Of a stretch of DNA of 64,000 nt, positions 13,685 through 25,940 are shown piece by piece. This DNA comes from Octopus vulgaris (taxonomy: Eukaryota). The stretch lies in the NCBI GenBank assembly GCA_951406725.2, contig OX597826.1, positions 64,356,001 through 64,420,000 of the forward strand, read 5' to 3'. A model generated the notes under the pieces. It ran no database searches and was not told where the DNA came from. It saw only the letters and a program-made list of their open reading frames with translations. Each line of letters opens with the position of its first letter. The first letter of the stretch is position 1. The translations under genes and the position numbers were made by a program.

Positions 13685-13902
13685 AGAGGGTGCTGAAAAG
13701 TTCTTAGCTTTAAGGATTTTGCAAAAGGCCTAGTTGGGAGGCCCAAACTTCCAAGTTCTTTTATGGGGCTTAGAAAAACTGAAGGACCGCTGCAATAAGT
13801 GTGTGAATCTGAGAGAGCAATATGTTGAATAAAATCATAATTAATTGATCCTCTTGTATTTTCTTTTTCTCAAAACCAAGAACTTTTCAGTATCCCCTCA
13901 TA
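13683..13902 (+). mobile_element. Mariner-derived MITE (second copy at about 49718-49900)
   Basis: TIRs gagggtgctgaaaagttc / gaacttttcagtatcccctc; internal GLEKLKDRCNKCVNLREQYVE* is the mariner transposase end. Confidence 0.8.
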
Positions 13903-14129
13903 TTGAAGCTGAACATTTTTGATTACTGACTAGAGTGGTGCTCCAGTCTTTTCTTTTGAATTATTCAATTAATTTTGAAAATAATAAACTATTTAGTAAA
14001 ATAGCTCTCATTATTAGACTGGTATTTTGATGGAAGGTTTAAATTTAGATCACTTTAAAATAGGAACTCTGTATTGCAGAGCCAGGGTAGTCTTGGGCAA
14101 ACTGATATTAAAAGGGTTAATACTTTCAG

Positions 14130-14573
14130 CAGGGCTGGATTAAGAGCCATAGAAGCCCTAAGCATTTAAAAGGTTTTGGTGCCCTCAAGTATATGTAAAT
14201 GGTTCAAAATGTAAACAAAAATAATTCAAAATGTAAGCAATAATAAACCATAAAATAAATTTTTATTTTTCAAAATGAAACAAAATTCACAGTAAGATGG
14301 AAAATTACATTTTTGTATACTTCCCCTTTATTTATATTTGAAAAGTTTTCTCCTTTTTTTTTTAATTGCAAAGTATTTGAGGATATCGTTAAAATTAATT
14401 TTATGTAAAACTTCTGCTCCTATACTTAGTAGAGATAAGGCATTACGAATATTATTTTAGCAAGTTTAAAGTGATTTCTTTAGTGCCGTAAATCATTTTT
14501 ATTTCTGTGGTGCCCCCATTTCTTGATGCCCTTTGCACGTACTTATTTTGCTTAATGGGTTAACCCAGTGCTG
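14130..14573 (-). mobile_element. Non-autonomous hAT transposon with 8-bp TSD
   Basis: TSD actttcag at 14122-14129 and 14574-14581; TIRs cagggctggattaa / ttaacccagtgctg; internal NALSLLSIGAEVLHKINFNDILKYFAIKK resembles the hAT C-terminal dimerization region. Confidence 0.88.
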
Positions 14574-15949
14574 ACTTTCAGCTTAAATAAATAAGTATGC
14601 AATACTCCACTGTGTTATGAACAAGTGTTGAGTTCTCTATTTGAATTTATGTGTTGTTTTAGAGAACAAATGTGTTATATATAACCATACATATACATGC
14701 ATGTTTGGAGGTGCAAGCAAGAGAAAGACTATTTAATAAGGGAAGTTGATGATTCACTGTCACTACTCAGAGTTGCTAGTGACAGATGGTTCAACTGATG
14801 AAATGTCAACCCTTTATCATACAAAGGATTGCATATCACAAGAAACTGAGCAGTGACAGAATGACCAGCTTCTGAATTTGTGTGTATGTGTACACAAAGA
14901 AACCGAAAGCCAAATATTTATAGACAAACACAAATGTGGGAGTATGAAATGTATGCATGTGTATGTATATATATATATATATATATAAACACACACACAC
15001 ATGCAGTTATGTATATACTTATTCTGATTTAAGTTGAAAAGTCATATACATAGATATACATATTGTCATACATACATAGACACACATATGTATATTTATA
15101 CATGTGGTTGGTGTATTCAATAGTTGATGTTTTGTGTAATATAAACATCTAATATATGACACATGCCCATATACACTTTAGATGCTAGATCAAATATTTG
15201 TCACCAGGTCACATGCTAACCCAGCTGGAGGAATCCCTCTTTCAACTCCACAGCACCATCTAGTTGGTGCTAGTGTTGTTTTAAAAATTTACTTTTGTTG
15301 CCATACTAAGTCAGCAGGGTGGTGAGAGGTTTATTTTTTTTCTTTCCATAATGCACCTAAGTAGAATTTGAAATAAAAAAACTGGAAGAGTTTGCACAAA
15401 TATCATGTGGAGATAATTCTATCAACCTGCCATGAATTGGCACTTAATTTGCCAATCCTGAAAGGGTGAATGATGTCAATAAAATTTGAACTCAGGGCAA
15501 CGACCTGAAATGAATACCACAAGGTATTCTGATAACTTACACTCTCCACTATTAATTGATCATGTTACTGTCATTATTAAACTGGTATTTGGATGGAATT
15601 TTGACGGATTAAAAATGAGTCGTATGTCAGTTGAAGTTTTAAGTGGATTGAAAACTGAAACATACCATATATGAAGCTTCGCTTGAGGGTGCAAAGCATT
15701 GCATGGATTGAGCACAAGACCTAAGAGGAGAGGAGATTAATGGCCATATTTCATCTGTATCTACTATTATTACTGAATAAACTTTGCTGATTGTTGCTAC
15801 CAAGCTGAATACCAGGCCATATCAAGTGTAATATTTAGGAAACTTTTGAACACTAATAGTGAACAAAGGTCACACAAGCATATTGATGTTGTTGGCAGAG
15901 AGACACAACAGAACAAACTGAGGACCTACTGAAATTAATAGCAACCAGA

Positions 15950-16830
15950 GATTCCTAATATGGCATGGCAAAATGCATCCTTGTAAATAGGAGAAATTCT
16001 ACAAGAGGGTGTGTATTATTGTTAATAATCTAAGTGAATTAACTATAATTGATATATAATACAGAGCCTCATGTATAAGAGATGGGTGTGTATAACAGTG
16101 AGTCTATAACAATTATACATACAAACACATGCAAAATATAAAGTTTGTTTAATTATCAAAGTTTCAAATGACATGACAGATTTATAACATAGACCAGGTG
16201 GGTGTCACCTGATCTAAGTGCAGGAATTAAAATTACTTAGGTGGTGCAAACCCAGGTCCAGAATATTTTACAAACAAGGTCAATCTTTTTAAATCTTAAT
16301 ATCAAAACAAACACAGGTATAACAATAATAATTATTATAATATTTGTGCATCAATTAAATCAGGTAAATCTAATAATGGTAAAGTAATGCTTAAAATCAG
16401 CCCAGGAATGTTTCTACCCTTGTTCATTCTAACGAAGTTTTACAAGAAAACGTTCAAAATATTTTCATCAACCCCTACCCAAAATTTTAGAGGGTACACT
16501 TGCATTTTCTACATTCCTTCTTCCTGAGCCTATAATATCTACCTGTTACTGATATTATCTATTTCAGTGGGATATGTCGCTGTCAGGTGAATGACTAAAC
16601 TGCATTGCCAAGAGAGAGGTACGAGTATGATGTAACAGCTAAATTCAAGCACCTCCATAGTGCATTAGTTGAAGCCTGAACTAAGCCTGGACCAAGGGAT
16701 ATCTTCCCTCAGGTTATGAATTTTTGATCGATGAAATATATGCTTACAAATAATTGAGTGTGTAATATTAGAATCAAAAGCCATCCTTTGATTGATGTTA
16801 GCAAACATCCATCAATATCAATTAATACTA
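15950..16830 (+). mobile_element. Possible degraded RT/GIY-YIG (Penelope-like) remnant
   Basis: Only short motifs (FLNLNI near 16287, ILESKAIL near 16765); heavily decayed; boundaries uncertain. Confidence 0.2.
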
Positions 16831-17190
16831 GTTGTTTGGATTGATCAGTATTAAATTTCAGCCAATAACATCTGTTAGTGTTCTCTCAACCTCCATCCTT
16901 TCAGTTTGGTCTTGAAGAGTAACAACAAGAGTTTTCTTTTTAAAGCCAAAATACAAAGGGATTGAAAAGGAATGGTATCAACCACCTCAAACAATCATAA
17001 TGTTATAATGTAAAAACAAAAATATGAAAAGAATAAGAGGAAAACTATATTGTATTTAAATAGACGCTATAAGGAGTGTGTGTGTGTGTGTGTATAAAGG
17101 AGGAGAAGAGAGATGTGTATACAAATTCATTTAATGAATGAGTATCCAGATCAATGAGTGTAATGATTTTGTTTTCTTTATACTCCTTTA

Positions 17191-18392
17191 TATCAGGTCA
17201 CTAAGAATGGAATGTCCAGTTTTGAACTGAAGTTTATTTCACTTTATCTCAACAAAAAGCAATGCAGTTAATCAAAGTATGCACTTAAATTATCAACACA
17301 ATTTTGCCTTTTTATTGGTAGTTTATGCCGGCAGTGTAGATTTCTGGAGAGCAAGAGGTGACGAAATCGCGAAAGGCTGGTTTTGCATCTTCTTCAGACT
17401 TGAAGCTTATTCCTGGCAAAAAGTTGTCTAATACCTGGAAAACATTATAGTCTGTCGGTGCAAGGTCTGGTGAATATGTTGGATGACTACTTGGATGACA
17501 GTTCAGTTCCTGTAACTTAGTAACATTCTTTGTGCAACATGTGGTCGAGCTCTGTCTCTATTTACCAATTTTGATTGTTTAATTGCAAGTTCACTCATCA
17601 TTTCATCCAACTGGTTGATGTATAACTAGCACTATGACCTGGCGTTGCTGGGTCTAGTGCTACTGCTTGTTGTTCGTTGCCAGGTTGCAGTAAGAATTTC
17701 TCACTAAATCAAAAGCTAAGTTTCTTATCACATTTCAGCCCGGGCCAGTTTTGTTGTTTTTGAGCTAGTTGGAGCTTTTTATGAGAGTAATTAATATTCA
17801 TTGGACTTCGGCAATGCCCATATGCCCATAACTTATGGGCATAAGGGGTTAGTTTATTGATTTTTTTAATGGCTTTCTGGGGTGACTGGGGAAATGAAAA
17901 GATTTTCAAGACCACCCTCAGACAGTTTTGAAAGCCCATAGAAAATGCGAGCCTTTTACATGAATAACTGTGGATTTGTATAAAGGACACATAAACACAC
18001 AGACATTTTGCCATTTATAGATATAGAGATCTGCTGTAATTGACATACCGGGTCTCATGAAACTGTAGTGAATGACACCAGCACTGGACTACTAAATAGA
18101 CACCATTACCTTTTTTTTTTTGGTGAATATTCTTCTTTTGGATTATGTTTTGGTACTTCCACAACAGAACTCACATTCATAAACATGAATTTTTGATCAA
18201 TGGGTTCGCAAAAATTGATTTACAAGAGAAAACTTACAATATAATCAGACACCATGAACTGCATTTCGAAAAGTGATGATGTAACTCTTCAATGTTGTAA
18301 AACAAAGAATTGTCAGGATAAAACATTAGAGTTAATGACTGTTAAACTTGATGCATAAGAAAACTGGACATTTCATTCTTAATGACCTGATA
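17191..18392 (-). mobile_element. Internally deleted mariner element with both TIRs and TA TSD
   Basis: TIR tatcaggtcactaagaatggaatgtccagttt is mirrored at 18361-18392; translations include KVMVSI..SSAGVIHYSFMRPGMSITAD and RARPHVAQ...HPTYSPDLAPTDY. Confidence 0.92.
17626..18029 (-). mobile_element. Non-autonomous Helitron nested in the mariner
   Basis: 5' TCTCTATATCTATAAA; 3' hairpin acccagcaacgccaggt followed by CTAG; inserted at A|T with no TSD; second copy at 29639. Confidence 0.85.
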
Positions 18393-20501
18393 TAAACAAA
18401 GACAGGAACAGGGAATGAACTCCTGATAATCCTGTCTGCAATTTCAGATAACATAGTAGGATGGGATTTGAGAAGATTTGGTTACTATTTCTAGCAGACT
18501 TAATGAGTACACAATACACTAACTTATTCACTGATACCTAAGTGAACTCTATTGTGTTTTCATAGTGCTGTAGCTGAATTTTGACTTGATATAACTTTAA
18601 TTCCTTATTAGTGTATTTATTTTATTTCACAGTTTTATTTTCATTTCACTCTACAGTACAGACATGGTTGACATATGTAATTTGATTTATTTTTTAATAA
18701 AATATTTACATTTGAACATTCTTAGATAGCCTTCCTTGCTTGAGCTGATCATTCAGTTTCTAAACAAAAAGCAGGACTTAAGGAGGTATGTGTCATATTC
18801 AGAAGTACAACACAACAAAGAAGTGTTAATGCCATAGAAATAACACAAAATACTGAAACAAAACCATGCAGAAGCTAAATTCTCAGAGAGTTGATCTAAA
18901 TGTGTTTCAATCCATTTCTGGTTGATGGCAATCCAATCTCTTCGGTTGGATATCGAAACTCCAGCTAAATTGATATCCTCTCCATAATCAGTGTGATGAA
19001 TAATTAATGTCAATGGGAGATGGTAGGAAGACTTAGCTGAACAAATTGAACAACTAATCAAAATGCAGTCAAATTTGGAAGATGTGAAATGCCTGTCTTT
19101 CTTCATGAGAGGGAAAAATAACAATTAAGAAATTAAGAGGCAAAGACTCTATTTCATATGAATGCAGATTTCTTAGATACAGTGCAGGATTAAGACTGTA
19201 ACATAACACATTTGGTCCCTAGGCCTTATTGAACTCTACTATATTCAAACAATCAATCGATAAACCTTTATTTATATCATTATTATTGCTGACCTTTGAT
19301 CCCAGATCAGCCCTGACCCAACAGACCTCTGATTGCAAATGTTTTAACTGCAACAATCCTATTCTTTCTTTCTTTTTTTTTTTCAGACACTGAATCTAAG
19401 AGCACATTATCAAAATGTATCTAATTATTTTAGCTTGTGGGATGTGATTTAGTAAAGTATTTGAGTGCTATTTCAACCATATTGAGTTTCCTTTCTTTTT
19501 GGTGAAGCATACTATCTTAACACTTAGCACAGAAAACGTGGTCCTCACTCCAGATGTTAGGGAGTTTGTTGATAAAAATTTGGATATTGTTTTATTTATA
19601 CATAACTATATAGAAGTTTCATTACATGTTTGTTACACTTGCACAGCAAGGACAAAAGATTGGGCTGAATCAATGAGTGCAGGAGTGAAAGGGTGGAAGG
19701 GAGAATCAGAAATGATAAATATATATTATATGAAATAAGAAGTTATATAATAATAAATACAATATATAAACTTATTACATTCATAAAATAGCAAAGAAAT
19801 AGAATGAGAAACACAAAGTAAAACAAAACTTCCTGTAATTATAACCATATTTCAATGCAATGGGCATAAAGCTTGAGATTTATTGAGGAAGGAATTTTAG
19901 TTTTGCTGAATGGTGTGTTCTGCAATGCTGGTTCAGTCACCAAAGAGAGAGAAAGACATGATTGAATAATGTTTTCAGTGTTGTAGTCATGGTTACCTTG
20001 TCTCTAATATGGACACATGATTTAAGACTCCAAACACATACATCTCTCCATTTTGAAGATGCCAGAAGGTTTGCTGAAGGAGATTTTGTTGCTTGATTGA
20101 GGAGGTTCAGCTAAAACAAAATCTAGACCTTCGTATTGGCTTCGCTTCCATACTAGTTGGAGGAAGAAATATAAAACTCATGGATATGTTTTTTGAAAAG
20201 TGTGAAAAATGTTTGCTTATATTCTTGGGAAAAGGTATGGACACCATACATTGTTATCTTCCTCATAAATCTAAAACTTCTTGTTCGTGTAACTAATAGA
20301 AAATAGGTTTTAAAAAAATGTTATTTTTACAATAATAAAAACTGTTTAGTATTTCACACACACAAAGATTTGATTAAGAATAAAGGAAACAATGCAAAAG
20401 GAACACAAACATTGTTTTTCTTTTTCTTTTAGTAGAAATGTTAAAATATGGAAAGCTAAATTAAAGAATGACAAGGGAAGGAAAAAAATAGCAATATTTA
20501 C

Positions 20502-20620
20502 CTTTTGAACAATTCTTCCAGTTCACTTCTCCTAGTGAGAAGATGATAGAATTTCACAAATTCTTCACTATCCAAAGTTTGCTTACCATAACGGTTGGCA
20601 GTTTTGTTTGTGTTAGCTTC
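20502..20620 (-). CDS. PLC exon, EF-hand 2: EANTNKTANRYGKQTLDSEEFVKFYHLLTRRSELEELFK
   Basis: tcttttaaAG acceptor and AG|GTAAAT donor, phase 0/2. TLD.EEFV.FY..LT.R.E resembles the PLC-delta EF region. Confidence 0.92.
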
Positions 20621-20739
20621 CTTTAAAAGAAAAAAAAAATGATAATTTCTAGCCTTGTGCCTTTGTTAGAAACAATTATTAAAATTATTTATAGTCACAC
20701 AGTACTGATGCTGTAACCTCTTTAATTATGCTCCCTATT

Positions 20740-21700
20740 GAACCACAACCTATGGGCTTGGATGAGAAACACTCTTGCACTATCTTCTATTAAAGTCTCT
20801 TTATGCTATTCATATCTGTCCTTACTTTATATTGCCAACTGACTGGATTATTCTCATTGGACCAAGTAAAAAGGTTTTCAACACAGCACTCACTCACAGA
20901 TTGCTCTCAAATTATTTGCCACAGTTCCAAGGCCCCAATGATAATTTGCAGTATCATGACCTTGTTAATATCTTTATTCCAATGTTTGAGAATTTCGTTT
21001 TCCAAGATTCTATAATACTCTAATTTTCTTTCTTCTTTTTCTCAACTCTGGTTTCAAAAGGGTACATCCAGACATACTTTCTTTTTCTCATAACAACAAC
21101 AAAATCCAACTTGTGCTCTGTCCTATTTTCAGTATGTGTAGGAAAATCCCATATCTTCACATCATTGTCTTGAAGAGCTTTCATTTCTATTCTCACAAAA
21201 ATAGTCAATGCTCCTTTTTTCATATCAAAACAAAGAAAAAATATTGAACCTCTCAAAAAAATTCCAATGAATCATTGCAGCAATTTTCTTAAGCCTGTAC
21301 TTTTTATAATCATTTTGAGTTAACTTATTTCTTTATTGCCCACAAGGGGCTAAACATAGAGGGGATAAACAAAGGTATTAAGTCGATTACATCGATCCCA
21401 GTGCATAACTGGTACTTAATTTATCGACCCCAAAAGGATGAAATGCAAAGTCAACCTCGACGGAATTTGAACTCAGAACGTAACGGCAGATGAAATACCA
21501 CTAAGCATTTCGCCCGGCATGCTAACGTTTCTGCCAGCTTGCTGCCTTATTTTGAGTTAACTGTTGGCATCTTATATGATGTGAGCTATAGCCTCATCTA
21601 TATCACTGAACATTCTATGAGTTTGACTCAACTATGATTTTGTTCTTTTAACCATTAGTTTCTCAATACAATTTATCTTTAGCCATTTGCCTGTCCTGTT
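20740..21700 (-). mobile_element. Degraded non-LTR retrotransposon 3' end with restriction-like endonuclease (R4/Dong-like)
   Basis: Frameshifted peptides LTQNDYKKYRLKKIAAMIHW, DNDVKIWDFPTHTENRTEHKLDFVVV...PFETRVEKK, KLEYYRILENEILKHW...IIIGAL and LKTFLLGPMRII follow the order of REL-domain motifs. Confidence 0.72.
21326..21548 (-). mobile_element. SINE family B with 14-bp TSD, inserted in the R4-like remnant
   Basis: attttgagttaact at 21312-21325 and 21549-21562. Confidence 0.9.
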
Positions 21701-22114
21701 TATCACATGGACATATTTCTCTGGCAACCAGGAATCATATATGATGTACATTCCCAATTTTTTCAACCACCATAGTAATTTGGTACCTATGAAAGAAAAG
21801 ATTTATATTAATTACTCAGAACATGAAACGGGGGCTAACTAAAAGTCTGAAAACAGGTATTAATGTCCAGGACAAACTTATGAAATTTTTTGGACAGATA
21901 AATGATTAAGGTTTGTTCCTCTGCTGCTAACTTTGCACCAAATTACAGACGGTCCTTTACTATCAGAAATGCAATGAGCCAGTGATTTACCCATTGGATA
22001 CTTGTAACTAATAACACTTTTGTTCACCTGTTATGAAACAAAATACATTTATTAATAAATGAAGTATAAAAAAAAAAGAAATTAAGAACATGAAATAAAT
22101 GCAAAAGAAATTAC

Positions 22115-22244
22115 ATTGAAAATCTGCAAAATGTATTTCTTCTTCATGCGTGCATTAAGGCTCTTCAGTAGTTTAACCAGTTCATCGAAATCCACTTCAC
22201 CATCAGAATTTTTGTCAGCACTTAGAAAAGCATCTCTGATCCAT
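22115..22244 (-). CDS. PLC exon, EF-hand 1: WIRDAFLSADKNSDGEVDFDELVKLLKSLNARMKKKYILQIFN
   Basis: Canonical EF loop DKNSDGEVDFDE; preceded by TTCCTTAAC branch site and AC acceptor; GTAA donor at 22114, phase 0. Confidence 0.93.
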
Positions 22245-22500
22245 GTGAAAAGATTGGTTAAGGAACTTGTATGTCTTTGGTTAATATTACAATAACACTG
22301 TGTAACACAATTTTTGTCCTTGGGTAGCAACTGTTATTTCCTATTTGCTTACCCCTAGAAATTTGGGAATCTAGCTTCTTAACCACACAGCCACACCTTG
22401 TTTCAAGTGTGTGTGTTAATTTGATGAGTAACAAGGCAAGTTGATCAAATGACTAAATACACATTGTCAAAATTAACAAAGGATCTATAAAATTTATTTA

Positions 22501-23008
22501 CCATAAATCCTCGAGCATAGTCCACCCTTGAGTATAATACGCAGGGGGTTTTTAGGGGGCTGTGCCTCTGAAAAACCTAAACCTTGTGTATAATACGCAC
22601 CCTTTTTCTAACTTGAGTCATGTGTAATTAAGCTAGCAGCACCTAGTCGAACAAACACTTCCGCGCATGCGATGATGTTCTTAACTGTTATATGGGAATG
22701 TAAATATGTTTGCAAATTGTGTTTGTTACATGTTATTCTGTGTTCTGAATACTTTTATTTTAATAAATGTTGCTTACTGCAAGTTATGGATGATTCTTTT
22801 ATGACTTCATTACTTTCAGGCTTAGCTTAAAGTATTTTCACACTCAACATCACAAAAAGTGTCTGAATAAACATTGCCGGACAGCAGATAGAGACTCGGA
22901 CATTGCTTAGAAAATAATTTTCATTTTTAACCTCGTATATAGTATGCACAGGTATTTTGATCTTTAAATTTTGGGGAAAAAATGCAGATTATACTCGAGG
23001 ATTTACGG
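22501..23008. mobile_element. Tc1/pogo-type MITE inside the U12 intron
   Basis: TA-flanked TIRs ccataaatcctcgagcata / tatactcgaggatttacgg. Confidence 0.82.
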
Positions 23009-23374
23009 TAGTTTACAACAGCAGAGTTGTAAATTAAATGCAAACAAATACACAGACAAGAATGCACAGAAAACAGAGAATATACATGAACTTCAGTTTA
23101 CAAAATAGATGCATTTTTTAAATGCATGTTGTTACTTAACCCCAGGTCAACTCTGATCAAGTAACCTTAGCATCATCAATCATTGTCCTCAACATTTAAC
23201 ATCTGTTTTCCATGCTGGCATGGGTTGGACAGGTTAACATGAACTGGCAAGGCCAGGGACCATGCCAGATTCCATAGTCTGTTTTGGCCTGGTATAGCTG
23301 GATGTCCTTCCTAATGACAGCCACTATTTTTCTATACCTATCACTATAGGTGGGTATCTATCATAGATGGGTTC

Positions 23375-23810
23375 ATCATCATCAGAATCATTTTAACCTC
23401 TACTTTTTCACTTTGCATGGTTTGGATGGAATTTGATGAGGTGCAGTTTTTACAACTGGATGCTCTTCCTGATGCCAACCCTCCAAGTAAGATAATATTT
23501 CTTCATGACCAGACATGTCTTGGAAGACTGGAAATGAAGGTCACTACGTGTATGATGGTAACACTTGCTTACAACTATCATGTAATGCCAGGAAAAGGGG
23601 ACAGTAACACACACACACAAAATCCTACATGTATGTATCCATACATAAATACAATGGGTTTCTTTCAGTTTCTGTGTCAAATCCACTCACAAGGCTTTGG
23701 TCGGCCTGGGGCTCTAGTTGAAAACAACTGCCCAAGATGTCGCACAGTAGGACTGAAACTGAAACCATGTGGTTGGGAAAAAAACGTTCTTACTACACAG
23801 CCATGCTTGC
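23375..23810 (-). mobile_element. SINE with family-A head and RTE-derived 3' tail (other copies at about 27770-28200, 44700-45050, 51240-51625)
   Basis: Same head and microsatellite as family A; distinct body; tail resembles the RTE 3' end at 57580-57730 and ends in (GAT)n. Confidence 0.78.
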
Positions 23811-23967
23811 GAATATAAAGCTATCAACCATCAGTGAAACAAAAGTTGTATCTAATGAACTCATTTATTATAGAAACAAAAGATTTGGTTGACTATTATG
23901 TTGCTAAAGAATCATTAGAAACAACATTTAATAAAGCAATTTATAAAAAAACAGGAACAAAGGATAT

Positions 23968-24119
23968 CTGTCATATTCTCTCTCTTGTTGGGCAGATTTT
24001 TCAGAGGCAATCACATGACGAAGTCCTCGTACCCACATGTCTCTAAGATTTTCATTTGGACTCATCAGTGTGACAAGATTATGGCGTGCACCAACCACAA
24101 TACTAAAACATTGCTCTTT
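23968..24119 (-). CDS. PLC exon, PH domain C-terminus: KEQCFSIVVGARHNLVTLMSPNENLRDMWVRGLRHVIASEKSAQQEREYD(R)
   Basis: tttttccAG acceptor; CFSIV and WVRGL are PLC PH motifs; ends at an ATATCCTTT U12 donor in phase 2. Confidence 0.93.
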
Positions 24120-25142
24120 CTGGAAAAAAAGATATAAAACAAGAAAAAAAAGCTAAATACACAGCAATAAAATAAAAATCAAACAAAAAAACTAAAATGA
24201 AATGATCAAGAATTGTATGCCTGCACACACACACACACCTGCATATGCGCAAATATGCAGAGAGACTGGAACATGTAGATACCTAAACAGATACCCATAC
24301 ATGCACACTCAGACAGATATATAATGAGAGAGAGAAACACAGAGAGAGAAGCATACGTCCACATCCAAAGATAGACAAACATATATACATACATACATAC
24401 AAATACACACATACCAGTACAGATATACAGTTACTACATGAAATGAGAGAAGAGCACGACATACTGACACCTGCAGACAGCTAAAGACAGACTTATGCAC
24501 AACCGGAACACACACAGATAGACATACACATTTGCATACACACACACACACACACACATTTACTCACACAAGTGAATATATATGCACAGACAAATAAACA
24601 TGCACCAATGCAGACATTCAGCTACAACATAGAGAGAAAGAGAGAGGTGGCGAGAGAGAACTAGATCTACATTCAGACACACATACGCAGCCACACAGAT
24701 AGATAGATAGATATAGACATACAGACAGACATACACAAGGGCATACACACTCAAAAATAGAAACTTGAATTCTGTATACTTTCTTCTCCAAGCAATGTAG
24801 AACAAGAAAATTTGTAATTATGTGCGTGTGTGAAGGTGATCAATACAATAATTCAGTCTAATAAATTAATCAATAACATGAATCAATACAATAAGTTACT
24901 ACAGTAAATCAATATATAATAACAATATATTTTACTGCTAGGATGGTGGATCAGTAGAATTGCTAATGATAAATAAGGCATCTTGTGCTATTTTGTTACA
25001 GCACTTTGTGCCATGAGTTCAAACCGAACCAACATCAAATTTAGTTTTCATCCTTTTGAAGGTTGGGAGAATGGATGTCAGCAAAATAGTACACTAAAAT
25101 AAAATAGTACATTAGGACACTAGTAAAATGCTAGTGTTATTG

Positions 25143-25539
25143 AGTCTTTTACTTGTTTCAGTCATTTGACTGTGGCCATGCTGGAGCACCGCCTTTAGTC
25201 GAGCAAATCGACCCCAAGACTTATTCTTTGTAAGCCTAGTACTTGTTCTGTCAGTGGCTTTTGCTGAACTGCTAAGTTACAGGGATGCAAGCACACCAGC
25301 ATCGGTTGTCAAGCAATGTTGGTGGTGGGGGGGACAAACAGACACACAAACATATACACACACACATACATATATACGACGGGCTTCTTTCAGTTTCTGT
25401 CTACCAAATCCACTCACATGGCTTTGGTCAGCCTGAGGCTTAGTAGAAAACACTTGCCCAAGGTGCCATGCAGTGGGACTGAACCCGGAACCACGTGGTT
25501 AATTAGCAAGCTATTTACCACACAGCCACTCCTACGCCT
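25143..25539 (-). mobile_element. tRNA-derived SINE family A, full length
   Basis: Head ggagtggctgtgtggtaa...ggttcagtccc, internal (CA/TA)n, tail tgactgaaacaagtaaaaga; about 20 copies or fragments in the window. Confidence 0.9.
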
Positions 25540-25552
25540 TCCCTCAAACTTG

Positions 25553-25940
25553 AGGCAGTGTGGTAAGAAGTTTGCTTCTAAACCACATGGTTCTGGGTTC
25601 AGTGCTATTGCATGGCATCTTGGGCAAGTGTTTTCTACTCTAGCCTTGGGCTAACCAAAGCCTTGTGACTTGATTTGGTAGACAGAAACTGAAAGAAGCC
25701 TGCTGTGTATATACACAAAACACACACATGTGTGTGTCTGTGTGTGTCCCACTACTGCTTGACAACTGTTGTTGGTGTGTTTATGTACTTTTATACACAA
25801 GCAGTTCAGCAAACCAAACCAATAGTAAAGTACCAGGCTTAAGGAAAGAAAGCACTCGGATTGATTCATTCAACTAAAAATTCCTCAAGGCGGAGCCCCA
25901 GCATGGCCATAGCCTAATGACTGAAACAAGTAAATAAAAA
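25553..25940 (+). mobile_element. SINE family A (diverged), head-to-head with the previous copy
   Basis: Same motifs in the opposite orientation. Confidence 0.85.

Larger units (their letters stand above)
22245..23967 (-). other. U12-type (minor spliceosome) AT-AC intron, 1723 nt
   Basis: 5' end ATATCCTTTG from 23967; branch site TTCCTTAAC at 22265-22257; terminal AC at 22246-22245. Removal restores the frame (EYD-R-WIRD). Confidence 0.93.

Noticed and set aside
18753-19124. 123-aa minus-strand ORF
   Set aside because: No recognisable domain or compatible splice sites.
22245-22330. N-terminal extension of ORF 22082..22330 as coding
   Set aside because: It is the 3' end of the U12 intron and contains the branch site.
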